Shown here in pieces: positions 19,325 to 28,697 of a stretch of 64,000 nucleotides of DNA. The stretch is from Spirochaetia bacterium (GTDB taxonomy: Bacteria > Spirochaetota > Spirochaetia > CADAEX01): positions 223,595 through 287,594 of the forward strand of contig CAXXHA010000010.1 of NCBI GenBank assembly GCA_963662265.2. Direction: 5' to 3'. A model generated the notes under the pieces. The model worked only from the letters and a program-made list of their open reading frames with translations. It made no database searches and had not been told where the DNA came from. Position 1 is the stretch's first letter. Each line of letters begins with the position of its first letter. The position numbers and the translations under genes are program-made.

Positions 19325-19403
19325 GTATTCATGATACCAGATATTTTTTAACGTAATCAATCCTTGATTATATTTTAATGATAATTCAGAATAGCATCAC
19401 TGT

Positions 19404-20669
19404 ATGGAAGAAAAAGAATTAACTGCTGTACTGGTCGGGATAGACTATAACAGGGAAAGCGAAACTGTAAAACGGCATCTCGATGAGCTTGAAGCTCTTG
19501 CAGCGACCATAGGCATCAATACTGTGGAAAAAATAATTGCACCTCTTAAATCGCCGACTCCGAGGTTTCTCGTAGGAACAGGAAAGGCAGAAGAGATTAA
19601 ATTCGCAGCTGAAAATTTTGAAGCTGATTATATTATTTTCGATGATGAACTTAGCCCCAGCCAGCAGAGAAACTGGGAAAAGTTTACAGAAAGACAAACT
19701 GCAGACAGGCAGGAGATAATAATAAACATCTTCTCAGACAGGGCAGTCACAAAAGAGGCCTCTCTCCAGGTTGAACTTGCCAGGCTTTCCTATTCACTGC
19801 CCCGCCTCACAGGCGCATGGACACACTTTTCAAAGCAGAAAGGTGGAGTTTCAGGGACAAGGGGAGAAGGGGAAAAACAGCTTGAGCTTGACAGGCGCAT
19901 GATTCTCCACAGGATCAGCAGGCTTAAAAGAGATCTCAAGGCTGTTGAAAAACAGAGAAGTACTCAGAGGAAACTGAGAAGCAGCAGGAAAACAGCATCC
20001 TGCGCTATCGCCGGTTACACAAATGCAGGAAAATCCACCCTTCTGAACAGGCTTACTCTTTCTGATGTGGATGCGAACGACAGGGTTTTCGATACCCTTG
20101 ATCCCGCAACACGCAAGATGAAACTTCCCGGTGGAAAGGAAATACTCCTTACCGATACTGTCGGCTTCATAAGAAAACTCCCGCACCAGCTTGTCGAAGC
20201 ATTTAAATCGACCCTTGAAGAGACAGTTCTTTCCGATTTAATAATTCTTCTTCTCGACGGTTCTGATCCTGAAGTACTGAGCCATTACAGGACTTCAATG
20301 GAAGTCCTTGATGAAATAGGCGCGTCTGAAAAACCGGTGCTGAAGGTTGTAAACAAGACTGATTCGGAATCCGATCCATTCCTCAGGAACATGCTTGAAA
20401 ATGAACTTGGGGAGGCTGTCTTTATCTCGGCAAGGAGCGGAGAAAATATTGATATGTTTCTGAGGAAAGTCGAAGAAATTCTGAAGAGCGGGGAAAAAAT
20501 ACTTACATTCAGAATTCCTCTCAGCAAATACAATATTATTGCAAAGATAAAATCATCGGGAACTGTATATAATGAGGAATATCTTGATGATGCTGTAATA
20601 ATTGAAGCGTCCGTACCGGAAAGTCTTGCAGGAAAACTCAGTCAGTATTCTATTGAAAATGTCCTGTAA
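19404..20669 (+). CDS. hflX: GTPase HflX
   Basis: HflX N-terminal domain; G1 GYTNAGKSTLLNRL, DTVGFI, NKTD; 421 aa. Confidence 0.9.
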   Translation: MEEKELTAVLVGIDYNRESETVKRHLDELEALAATIGINTVEKIIAPLKSPTPRFLVGTGKAEEIKFAAENFEADYIIFDDELSPSQQRNWEKFTERQTADRQEIIINIFSDRAVTKEASLQVELARLSYSLPRLTGAWTHFSKQKGGVSGTRGEGEKQLELDRRMILHRISRLKRDLKAVEKQRSTQRKLRSSRKTASCAIAGYTNAGKSTLLNRLTLSDVDANDRVFDTLDPATRKMKLPGGKEILLTDTVGFIRKLPHQLVEAFKSTLEETVLSDLIILLLDGSDPEVLSHYRTSMEVLDEIGASEKPVLKVVNKTDSESDPFLRNMLENELGEAVFISARSGENIDMFLRKVEEILKSGEKILTFRIPLSKYNIIAKIKSSGTVYNEEYLDDAVIIEASVPESLAGKLSQYSIENVL

Positions 20670-20938
20670 TATCCCTGGTAGGGTCTTTCATGCTTCCTGA
20701 TTTCCAGGATTCTTGCACTTGGAGGACCGCCCTGCTCCAGCCAGAGGAGGAAATTGTCGATGTTTTCTATCTCACCCTCACATTCAAGCTGAACAGTTCC
20801 GTCAGATTTATTCCTGACCCATCCGAAAACATTGTATCTTGCGGCTGCCCGTACTGTATAGTAACGGAATCCTACACCCTGAACTGTTCCGAAAACTGTT
20901 ACAGAGTATCTTTTTTTAGATTTATTTTTTTGCTCCAT
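20642..20938 (-). CDS. acyP: Acylphosphatase
   Basis: YSVTVFGTVQGVGFRYYTVRAAARYNVFGWVRNKSDGTVQLECEG is the classic acylphosphatase signature. Internal ATG at 20938 preferred. Confidence 0.85.
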   Translation of the reverse strand: MEQKNKSKKRYSVTVFGTVQGVGFRYYTVRAAARYNVFGWVRNKSDGTVQLECEGEIENIDNFLLWLEQGGPPSARILEIRKHERPYQGYYRTFSIEY

Positions 20939-21527
20939 TTCTTTTCTTTCCGGAATTGCTGTCAATATGATCAAACAGCACATTGAAATCCACTGGATGT
21001 TTCATGGTTATATCACTGTGACTGCTGTGTTCAACATCTGTAGTATCAGTAATTGTAATAATAAAGGGAACAGATATTTTCTCTTTCTCAAAAAAACTTT
21101 TAAGTTTTTCAGGATCTGTATCACGGAATGATGTTTTCAGAATTATTGTTTCAGGAGACAGCTTTGCGCACTGATATCCTGTTTCCATGTTATTGAGGGA
21201 AATTCTGATTTCATATTCTTTTTTTTCAAGGGAGACTTTTTCTTTCAGCAGATTTCCGAACAGGGGATCCGAATCAATAACAAGTATCCTGCATCCGGAA
21301 TTTTTTACCGCTTTATAGGGAACAAGTTCCTCGGGAAGGATCATTCCCCGGTTTTCGATGAATTCAATGAGATTCTCGGCATATACACGGTACTGTCCCC
21401 CGGGAGTTGTAAAAGCCTTAAGATAACCGTTTTTAATCCAGTTAATAGCTGTCTGATTAACAACACCGCAGAGGTTTGCAACCTCGAGAGCAGAAAAGAT
21501 TTTAAGTTTTTTCCCCTTTTTTCCCAT
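20922..21527 (-). CDS. Excisionase/MerR-type HTH protein fused to a receiver-like domain that lacks the phospho-acceptor Asp
   Basis: IFSALEVANLCGVVNQTAINWIKNGYLKAFTTPGGQYRV (HTH_17-like). The receiver-like part has RILVIDSDP...IILKTSF (Lys where the acceptor Asp should be)...IITITD...MKHP. Confidence 0.65.
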   Translation of the reverse strand: MGKKGKKLKIFSALEVANLCGVVNQTAINWIKNGYLKAFTTPGGQYRVYAENLIEFIENRGMILPEELVPYKAVKNSGCRILVIDSDPLFGNLLKEKVSLEKKEYEIRISLNNMETGYQCAKLSPETIILKTSFRDTDPEKLKSFFEKEKISVPFIITITDTTDVEHSSHSDITMKHPVDFNVLFDHIDSNSGKKRNGAKK

Positions 21528-21610
21528 AAAAGACCTTTCTGATTATTCAACAGTTAAATTATTCTAGCATATTATCAGAAACATCTGTGTTACTTTTTTA
21601 CCCTGAATAT

Positions 21611-21636
21611 AAAAAACCTGCCTGAAGACAGGCAGG
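21611..21636 (-). terminator. Rho-independent terminator after glgC
   Basis: Minus strand: CCTGCCTG-tctt-CAGGCAGG followed by T6. Confidence 0.85.
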
Positions 21637-21658
21637 AATAGCTGCTAAATTAAATTAC

Positions 21659-22924
21659 TTATATTTCTGTCCCGTCACGGAGAACAGCAGCTTTATTTAT
21701 AATTATTATTCCGTCCCGGATCGAATGATTTTCATAATTACCGTCCGGACGGTCTTTACGGTCAATACCTATCCTACAGCCTCTTCCTATCCGGGCATTC
21801 TTGTCAACAAGAGCATTTCTGATTATCGTGCCGGATGAAATACCTATATTCGGTATCCCTCTTTCATTGTTTTCCCATTTTTCCCTTTCTGTTTCATAAT
21901 GGTCAGCGCCCATGCAGTAGACATTTTCAAGGCTTGCCCCGGAATCAATTATTGTACGTATTCCTATCAGCGAATTGCTGATAAAGGCATTTGTAATGAT
22001 AGAGCCCTGCCCGGTGAGAGAATTCTGGAATGTACAGGAATTAACCTTGGAAGGGGGAAGATAATTTTTACTGGCATAGATTGGATACATTTCATCATAC
22101 ATGTTGAACTGCGGTTTATTTGAGGCAAGCATAAGGTTTGCTTCATAGAAATTCCTTATTGTTCCTATATCTTCCCAGTAGCCGTCATATACAAATCCCT
22201 TGACCTTGTAAGTTCCTATGGCAGTAGGGATGATTTCCTTTCCGAAGTCCTCAGACCCTGAAGAGAGCGCCTTTTCCAGAATATCGGCATTGAAAATATA
22301 TATCCCCATAGAGGCAAGATAATCCTTATCACCGCCGCGGGTTTTATTGGGAAGCTTCATATCAGAGATATCCCTGTCAGGACCTGGTTTTTCAAGGAAA
22401 CTGCTGATAAACCCTTTTTCATCAACACTCAGTATTCCCAGCTGGGAAGCATCATTTCTTGTAACAGTAGTGGCGGCAATGCTGATCTCGGCCCCTGATT
22501 CCTTGTGTTCTTTCAGAAACTGCTTAAGATCCATTCTGTAAAGCTGATCGCCCGAAAGTATCATGTAATAATCAGGATTCTGGCTCCTGAATGACGGGAA
22601 GTTTTTCCTAATAGCATCTGCAGTCCCTGTATACCAGCCGGTTTCGCTGCCGTAAGACTGCTTTGCTGCAATGATTTTTACATATCCTTTCGAGAACGAA
22701 TCAAACCAGTATGCAGATGCAATATGGTTGTTGAGTGAATCAGAATTAAACTGGGTAAGTATACTGATATTTCTGATCCCGGCATGAATACTGTTTGAAA
22801 GAGGGATATCAATCAGCCTGTAGCTGCAGCCGAACGGAACTGCAGGTTTAGCACGTTCCTTAGTTAAAGGGTAAAGTCTCTCCCCTTTTCCGCCTCCTAA
22901 AATAACACAAGAAACATTATCCAT
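21659..22924 (-). CDS. glgC: Glucose-1-phosphate adenylyltransferase
   Basis: CVILGGGKGERLYPLTKERAKPAVPFG; C-terminal left-handed beta-helix repeats; 421 aa. Confidence 0.9.
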   Translation of the reverse strand: MDNVSCVILGGGKGERLYPLTKERAKPAVPFGCSYRLIDIPLSNSIHAGIRNISILTQFNSDSLNNHIASAYWFDSFSKGYVKIIAAKQSYGSETGWYTGTADAIRKNFPSFRSQNPDYYMILSGDQLYRMDLKQFLKEHKESGAEISIAATTVTRNDASQLGILSVDEKGFISSFLEKPGPDRDISDMKLPNKTRGGDKDYLASMGIYIFNADILEKALSSGSEDFGKEIIPTAIGTYKVKGFVYDGYWEDIGTIRNFYEANLMLASNKPQFNMYDEMYPIYASKNYLPPSKVNSCTFQNSLTGQGSIITNAFISNSLIGIRTIIDSGASLENVYCMGADHYETEREKWENNERGIPNIGISSGTIIRNALVDKNARIGRGCRIGIDRKDRPDGNYENHSIRDGIIIINKAAVLRDGTEI

Positions 22925-22958
22925 TTACTCGCCCCTTAAAAATTATTTTAATACAAAT

Positions 22959-24428
22959 TCATCTGTTTTTCGAAATATTTGCATAAAGTTCCAGATACCT
23001 GTCTGCCGACTTTTTCCAGGAATAGTCCTTCAGCATCCCTTTTTTCCGCATCCTGGTTATATCCTTTCTTCTGTCATACCATGTTGATACAGCCCAGCCC
23101 AGAACGTTGTAGAGCACATGGGGGTTCAGATCATTGAACACAAAGCCTGTACCCTCCCCTGTCTCCTGGTTGTAGTTTTCAACTGTATCTGCAAGGCCTC
23201 CTGTATGTCTCACAATCGGAATAGCTCCGTATTTAAGAGAATAAAGCTGATTAAGGCCACACGGTTCATACCTGCTGGGCATGAGAAAAAAGTCGCTTCC
23301 CCCCTCGATAAGGTGTGCAAGCTTTTCATTGTAGCCAATCCACACCTTCAGGTTGGGAAAAACAGAGGACAGATGGGAAAGCTCTTTCTCACACCAGTTT
23401 TCACCGGAACCGAGTATTGCAAACTGAACATTCATATCGTTAAGTATTGAATAAAGGCTTCCCTCTTTAGGGGCAGCAAGTTCACGTATCCCCTTCTGCG
23501 CTACAAGCCGTGTTACCATCCCGACAACCGGGACCGTGCTGTCAACAGGAAGCCCCAACTCCTGCTGCAGTCTTTTCTTGACCCTTGCCTTTGCAGCTGT
23601 TTTCTGCGGGGAATAATTATCAGGGGCAAGATAGATATCAGTTTCAGGATTCCAGTGATTATAATCAGCCCCGTTGAGAATTCCGTGAAGATCTTCCTGT
23701 CTGTAGCGGAGAATGCCGTCAAGACCGTATCCGTAGTAATCTGTTTTGATCTCCTCCGAATATGTCGGGGAAACAGTTGTTATCTGGTTAGCGCTAATGA
23801 TGCCTGCTTTGAGAAAATTCAATGCTCCACTGAATTCCAGTGTCGAGACAGAATAAAGATCCCTTTCATGCTGGATATAGGAAACATCATCAAGGGAGAA
23901 AACCCCCTGGTATCCGAGGTTGTGGATTGTAAGGACAGAAGATGATGATGAAAATTCCCTGAACCTTTCCTCCCTCTTCAGAAAGTAGGGGACGAGAGAA
24001 GAGGCCCAGTCATGGCAGTGGAAAATATCAGGAATCCAGTTGATTGCCCTGCATACCTGAAAAACAGCCCTGTTAAAAATAGCAAACCGCTTTGCATTAT
24101 CTTCAAAACCCTCCTGCCCGGCATGGCTGTATATCCCGTCTCTTCCGAAAGCCTCTTCATGGTCTACAAAATATACAGGTATATCTGTTCCCGGCAGTAC
24201 AGTTTCATAAAGACCTGCCCATTCCTCACCATACGGGACTGGTATGCCCAGAGGATAGGGATGTTTTTCAAGCCCGGCACGGTCTATGCTGTAATACCTG
24301 GGAATTATTATCCTTATATCTGTATGATCCTTTTTCAGCTCGGCAGAAAGAGCTGTAACCATATCTGCAAGTCCTCCGGTCTTTGCATAAGGCAGAAGTT
24401 CAGTAGTTACCATGAGAATTTTTATCAT
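22959..24428 (-). CDS. glgA: Glycogen synthase (ADP-glucose type)
   Basis: MIKILMVTTELLPYAKTGGLADMV (KTGGL motif); 489 aa. The ATG overlaps the upstream stop (TAATG). Confidence 0.9.
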   Translation of the reverse strand: MIKILMVTTELLPYAKTGGLADMVTALSAELKKDHTDIRIIIPRYYSIDRAGLEKHPYPLGIPVPYGEEWAGLYETVLPGTDIPVYFVDHEEAFGRDGIYSHAGQEGFEDNAKRFAIFNRAVFQVCRAINWIPDIFHCHDWASSLVPYFLKREERFREFSSSSSVLTIHNLGYQGVFSLDDVSYIQHERDLYSVSTLEFSGALNFLKAGIISANQITTVSPTYSEEIKTDYYGYGLDGILRYRQEDLHGILNGADYNHWNPETDIYLAPDNYSPQKTAAKARVKKRLQQELGLPVDSTVPVVGMVTRLVAQKGIRELAAPKEGSLYSILNDMNVQFAILGSGENWCEKELSHLSSVFPNLKVWIGYNEKLAHLIEGGSDFFLMPSRYEPCGLNQLYSLKYGAIPIVRHTGGLADTVENYNQETGEGTGFVFNDLNPHVLYNVLGWAVSTWYDRRKDITRMRKKGMLKDYSWKKSADRYLELYANISKNR

Positions 24429-26107
24429 TAATTCATTCCTTTTATTTTAAAAATCATTATACCGCAGGGCTCCAGTGTGAAGCCGAAAATCATATCAGAA
24501 ACAGAGATCTCCCTCCCTGAAATAATATCTTCAAGAACAAACATCCTGATCGGAAGGTTGAAATCCCGCTGATGGAGTTCAATTGATGCATTGTTGTGAA
24601 TATCGAAATTGGCAAGAAGAAGCCAGGCATCTTCTCCCCTTATGTCGCTTCTGAGAGCGGCAAGAACTGAGGGGTGATTATTGTCGACAAACCTGAGATT
24701 CCCTATATCATGAAAAACATGCTCCTTCTCGAGCAGCTTGTTGACAGCAAATATTTCCCTGGTATAGTCATTTTCCCCTGAATCGTCCAGAACATTGTTT
24801 CTTCCTATGAATTTTATCTTATCCTTTATTCCTGTCTCTGAGCCCTGGACTATTCCGGTCTGTCCGGTTCCGCAGAGTGCATATGACATGTACCTGGGAA
24901 CAGTAGAACATGGACTTCCGTATTCCATTGAAGGAGTTCCTGTATCATGGGTTGTAAGGGGTAGCAGGTACTTGAGTCCCCCCTCGTTGTGTATGCTTTT
25001 TATATATTTTCTCAGGTCAGGAAGAAGTCTGTATTCCCAGGGGTTACCCAGTACAAGGTTAAGCTGCCAGTGGGGAACATTTTTCAGAAAATTCTCGGTT
25101 GAGGTGAAATACTCCCCCAGGAGAATCAGGTCGGGATAATCATTTTTAAGCTTGCCGGAAAGGAAGACCATGAACAGGGAGTTGGAGCTGTGAAGATTAT
25201 CAAACCGCAATCCCCCGCCTGTGTAATCTGCATAGTTTGCCCAGAAATCAACATAATGGTACATGTAGTTCCAGATTTCATAATTCACTTTCGGATCAGG
25301 ATGGTCATAGTCTATAAGAACAAGGTCATCCCACCTTATCCAGGAGTTATGATGATAGCATCCGGCCCTCTTGAAACCATCCTTCTCGCCGCTGTCCTTC
25401 TTTATCCATTCCCTGCATTCAACAGCCGGGATACTCTCGGGATTGATGTGGTTTATCACTATATCCAGATAGAGCCTTATGCCCAGTTTTTTCGCCTTTT
25501 CGACAAACTCTTCAAACTGATCAAGGCCGCTCTCCTCCCGGGAGGGATCAAGGTATGAGGGATCAATATCAAAGAGGTCAAATGCGGAATAGGGGCTCTC
25601 TGATTTTCCCATTTTTGTGACAGGAAGCAGATGAACCGCATTAAAGCCGAGCTTCTTGATATCAGTAAGCTTTTTCTTCCAATCTGTAATACTTCCTGAA
25701 GAATTGGGGATAAGGGTATAGATCCTGAGGTTTTTCATACCCGGGGGATCCACCAGGATTTTCCTATCAGGGATGCTGTTCCACAGCCATTTTTTCCCTC
25801 CGTCATATGAATACCTGATTTTCAGCTCATAAATTCCGCATTTTGAGAAAATAATATCCATGTAAAAACGGTCACCGCTGTTTTCCATCCTGTAATAGGA
25901 CCACCGTGTCTTCCGGTCCATGTCGGGAAAATCAGCATATATTTCCGCAACAGTATCAGAATTGGCTCTGCTGATTTCAATTTCTATATGAAGATTCCTG
26001 TCACGGTATGTCCTGATTATAGTTTCATTCCTGTAGGGATAAAGAAACATTATATCATCTGCTTCCCCTTTCTCTGTTCTGAGTACTGGTACAGATCTTC
26101 TTTCCAT
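24428..26107 (-). CDS. GH13 alpha-amylase-family enzyme with an N-terminal beta-sandwich; specificity unresolved
   Basis: GH13 regions I-IV: LDIVINH, GGLRFDNLHS, LLGEYFT, LTTHDT. Confidence 0.8.
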   Translation of the reverse strand: MERRSVPVLRTEKGEADDIMFLYPYRNETIIRTYRDRNLHIEIEISRANSDTVAEIYADFPDMDRKTRWSYYRMENSGDRFYMDIIFSKCGIYELKIRYSYDGGKKWLWNSIPDRKILVDPPGMKNLRIYTLIPNSSGSITDWKKKLTDIKKLGFNAVHLLPVTKMGKSESPYSAFDLFDIDPSYLDPSREESGLDQFEEFVEKAKKLGIRLYLDIVINHINPESIPAVECREWIKKDSGEKDGFKRAGCYHHNSWIRWDDLVLIDYDHPDPKVNYEIWNYMYHYVDFWANYADYTGGGLRFDNLHSSNSLFMVFLSGKLKNDYPDLILLGEYFTSTENFLKNVPHWQLNLVLGNPWEYRLLPDLRKYIKSIHNEGGLKYLLPLTTHDTGTPSMEYGSPCSTVPRYMSYALCGTGQTGIVQGSETGIKDKIKFIGRNNVLDDSGENDYTREIFAVNKLLEKEHVFHDIGNLRFVDNNHPSVLAALRSDIRGEDAWLLLANFDIHNNASIELHQRDFNLPIRMFVLEDIISGREISVSDMIFGFTLEPCGIMIFKIKGMN

Positions 26108-26207
26108 AGTTCAACCCCGTAATTTCCGGAGGATTACCCCTCCTGAAGTAATTAATCAAATCCCCTGTTATGCAGCCTTATTGATTTGTCAGCAGAAAAA
26201 TTTCCTG

Positions 26208-28697
26208 CTAATCAACAAGCGGCTTGATATTCCATATCTTCTCAGCATATTCCCTTATTGTTCTGTCACTGGAAAACTTGCCGGCATTTGCAATATTGAA
26301 AAGAGACATTTTCATCCATTTTTTCCTGTCTGAATATGCTTTTTCTACATCTTCATGAACCCTGATATAATCATCAAAATCAGCAAGATGCATGTATGTA
26401 TCTTGCTGCAGAAGAAGGTTTTTTATCGGTTCAAAAACACCCTGCTCATTGAGGTCGAAATGGCCTTTGAAGAGAAGATCGAGTGTCTCCTTAATAACAG
26501 GATTTGAGTCGTAAAGGTCATGAGGATTATAGTTTTTCTTCCTTTCAGCAACTTCTTCTGCTGTCATTCCGAATATAAAAACATTTTCACTCCCCGCTTC
26601 TTCCTTTATTTCTATATTCGCGCCGTCAAGTGTTCCCACAGTCAAAGCCCCGTTCAGCATGAATTTCATGTTGCTTGTTCCTGAGGCCTCTGTCCCTGCT
26701 GTTGAAATCTGTTCAGAAATATCTGCGGCAGGAATTATTTTTTCAGCCTGGGAAACCCCGTAATCCCAGAGAAAGCAGACTTTCAGAGAGTCATATACAT
26801 GAGGGTTCCTGTTTATGACATAACCCACATTATTGATCAGTTTTATGATAAGCTTTGCCATGTAGTATCCGGGAGCAGCCTTGCCTCCGAATATGAAAGT
26901 CCTTGGTATAATTTTTCGGCCTGTTCTTATCTGGTTATAGAGATAGACAATATGAAGAATATTAAGAAGCTGCCTCTTGTATTCATGAATCCTCTTTACG
27001 TGAATATCAAAGACTGTTTCCGGATCTAATTCTATGCCGAAAGATTTTCTGCAGTGTTTCTGAAGACTCATCTTTGCCTTCTGCTTTACTTCGAAAAGGC
27101 TTTCAAGGAATGATGAGTCATCAACATATTTTTCGAGCTTTTTAAGTTCATAGAGGTCTGTAATCCATTTATCCCCGATTGTATCTGTTATCAGTGATGC
27201 CAGCGGGGGATTGGCCTTGAGAAGCCACCTTCTCTGTGTTATCCCGTTTGTCATGTTTACGAAGCGGTCAGGATACAGATGGTAAAAATCGGGAGTGAGT
27301 TTTTCCTTTATAAGCTTTGTGTGAAGCTCTGCAACACCATTAACCCTGTGTGATCCTGCGATGGAAACATTGGCCATCCTGACATGTTTCCCCCCCCCTT
27401 CACCTATCAGGCTGATATTGGCAATCTTGTCATGATCATCCGGATATTTCTTTGATATTTTATCAATCAGCTCATAGTTTATCCTGTAAATGATATCAAG
27501 GTGCCGGGGAAGCAGGTTTTCAAACATTGACAGAGACCATGTTTCCAGTGCTTCAGGCATGAGAGTATGGTTTGTATAACTGAATGTCTTTCGGGTAATG
27601 CTCCATGCAACATCCCATGTAAGATGTTCCTTGTCCACAAGAATTCTCATCAGTTCGGGAACTGCCAGAGCGGGATGAGTGTCATTGAGCTGAACAGCTG
27701 CCTTGTCAGGCAGATTTGTAAAAGGAAGACCAAGCCCCTTGAAGCGCCTTATAATATCCTGGATGGAACATGAAACAAAGAAATATTCCTGTTTGAAACG
27801 GAGCTCCTTCCCTTCATAGAGATTATCATCGGGATAGAGAATTTTTGTAAGGCTTTCGGCTTTTGCCTGCTTGTTTACAGAGTAGTAGTATTCACCCCTG
27901 TTAAACCTGTCATAATTAAACTGCTCAAGGCTTCTTGCCTTCCAGAGCCTGAGTGTATTTATAGTCTTTCCCCCGTATCCGACAACAGGCATATCATACG
28001 GGATGCCGACAATATCATCTGTAGCAACCCACCTGATTTCCCCGCTGTCATCCCTTTCGAGTCTTCCGCCGAACTGGACTGTACACGGGATATCAGGGCG
28101 TTTGATTTCCCAGGGATTACCGTTCTTGAGCCAGTCATCAGGTTTCTCCACCTGGTACCCGTTGATAATTTCCTGTCTGAAAATACCGTATTCATATCTC
28201 AGCCCGTAGCCTATGGCCTGGTAATTCATTGTTGCAAGAGAATCAAGAAAACAGGCGGCAAGCCTTCCGAGCCCCCCGTTTCCAAGCCCTTCGTCCCTCT
28301 CAAGGGCTCTAAGCTCCTTCCATGGTATGCCGTTTTTCTCCATAGCCTCTTTGAGAACATCTTCATATCCAAGGTTGATCACATTGTTTCCTATTGCCCT
28401 TCCCATCAGGTACTCGATAGAAAGGTAATAGAGCTGCTTTGATTCAGCTTCTTCCTGCTTTTTTTTTGTCTCTACCCATCTGTCGATAAGCCTGTCCCTT
28501 ATTGTAAGAACAAGAGCATTATACATATCATACCTGCTTGCAGTTTCAGGATTGGCTGCAAGGGAAAACCTGAGGTGCTCATCAAATCCAGCATAGAAAG
28601 AGAGAGGATCAGCGCCCCGCCGTGAAGATGTTATTTTTTCAGCATCTTTATTTACGCTGTTATTGTTTTTTACGGATTCCGATTTTTTATCACTCAT
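26208..28697 (-). CDS. glgP: Glycogen/maltodextrin phosphorylase
   Basis: EGLGNGGLGRLAACFLDS; PLP site ISTAGTEASGTSNMKFMLNG. ATG at 28697 (MSDKKSES) forms an ATGA overlap with the upstream stop. Confidence 0.9.
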   Translation of the reverse strand: MSDKKSESVKNNNSVNKDAEKITSSRRGADPLSFYAGFDEHLRFSLAANPETASRYDMYNALVLTIRDRLIDRWVETKKKQEEAESKQLYYLSIEYLMGRAIGNNVINLGYEDVLKEAMEKNGIPWKELRALERDEGLGNGGLGRLAACFLDSLATMNYQAIGYGLRYEYGIFRQEIINGYQVEKPDDWLKNGNPWEIKRPDIPCTVQFGGRLERDDSGEIRWVATDDIVGIPYDMPVVGYGGKTINTLRLWKARSLEQFNYDRFNRGEYYYSVNKQAKAESLTKILYPDDNLYEGKELRFKQEYFFVSCSIQDIIRRFKGLGLPFTNLPDKAAVQLNDTHPALAVPELMRILVDKEHLTWDVAWSITRKTFSYTNHTLMPEALETWSLSMFENLLPRHLDIIYRINYELIDKISKKYPDDHDKIANISLIGEGGGKHVRMANVSIAGSHRVNGVAELHTKLIKEKLTPDFYHLYPDRFVNMTNGITQRRWLLKANPPLASLITDTIGDKWITDLYELKKLEKYVDDSSFLESLFEVKQKAKMSLQKHCRKSFGIELDPETVFDIHVKRIHEYKRQLLNILHIVYLYNQIRTGRKIIPRTFIFGGKAAPGYYMAKLIIKLINNVGYVINRNPHVYDSLKVCFLWDYGVSQAEKIIPAADISEQISTAGTEASGTSNMKFMLNGALTVGTLDGANIEIKEEAGSENVFIFGMTAEEVAERKKNYNPHDLYDSNPVIKETLDLLFKGHFDLNEQGVFEPIKNLLLQQDTYMHLADFDDYIRVHEDVEKAYSDRKKWMKMSLFNIANAGKFSSDRTIREYAEKIWNIKPLVD

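Noticed and set aside
20642-20669. 28-nt convergent overlap of the hflX and acyP 3' ends
   Set aside because: Short convergent overlaps are common in compact genomes. Nothing else is unusual at this site.
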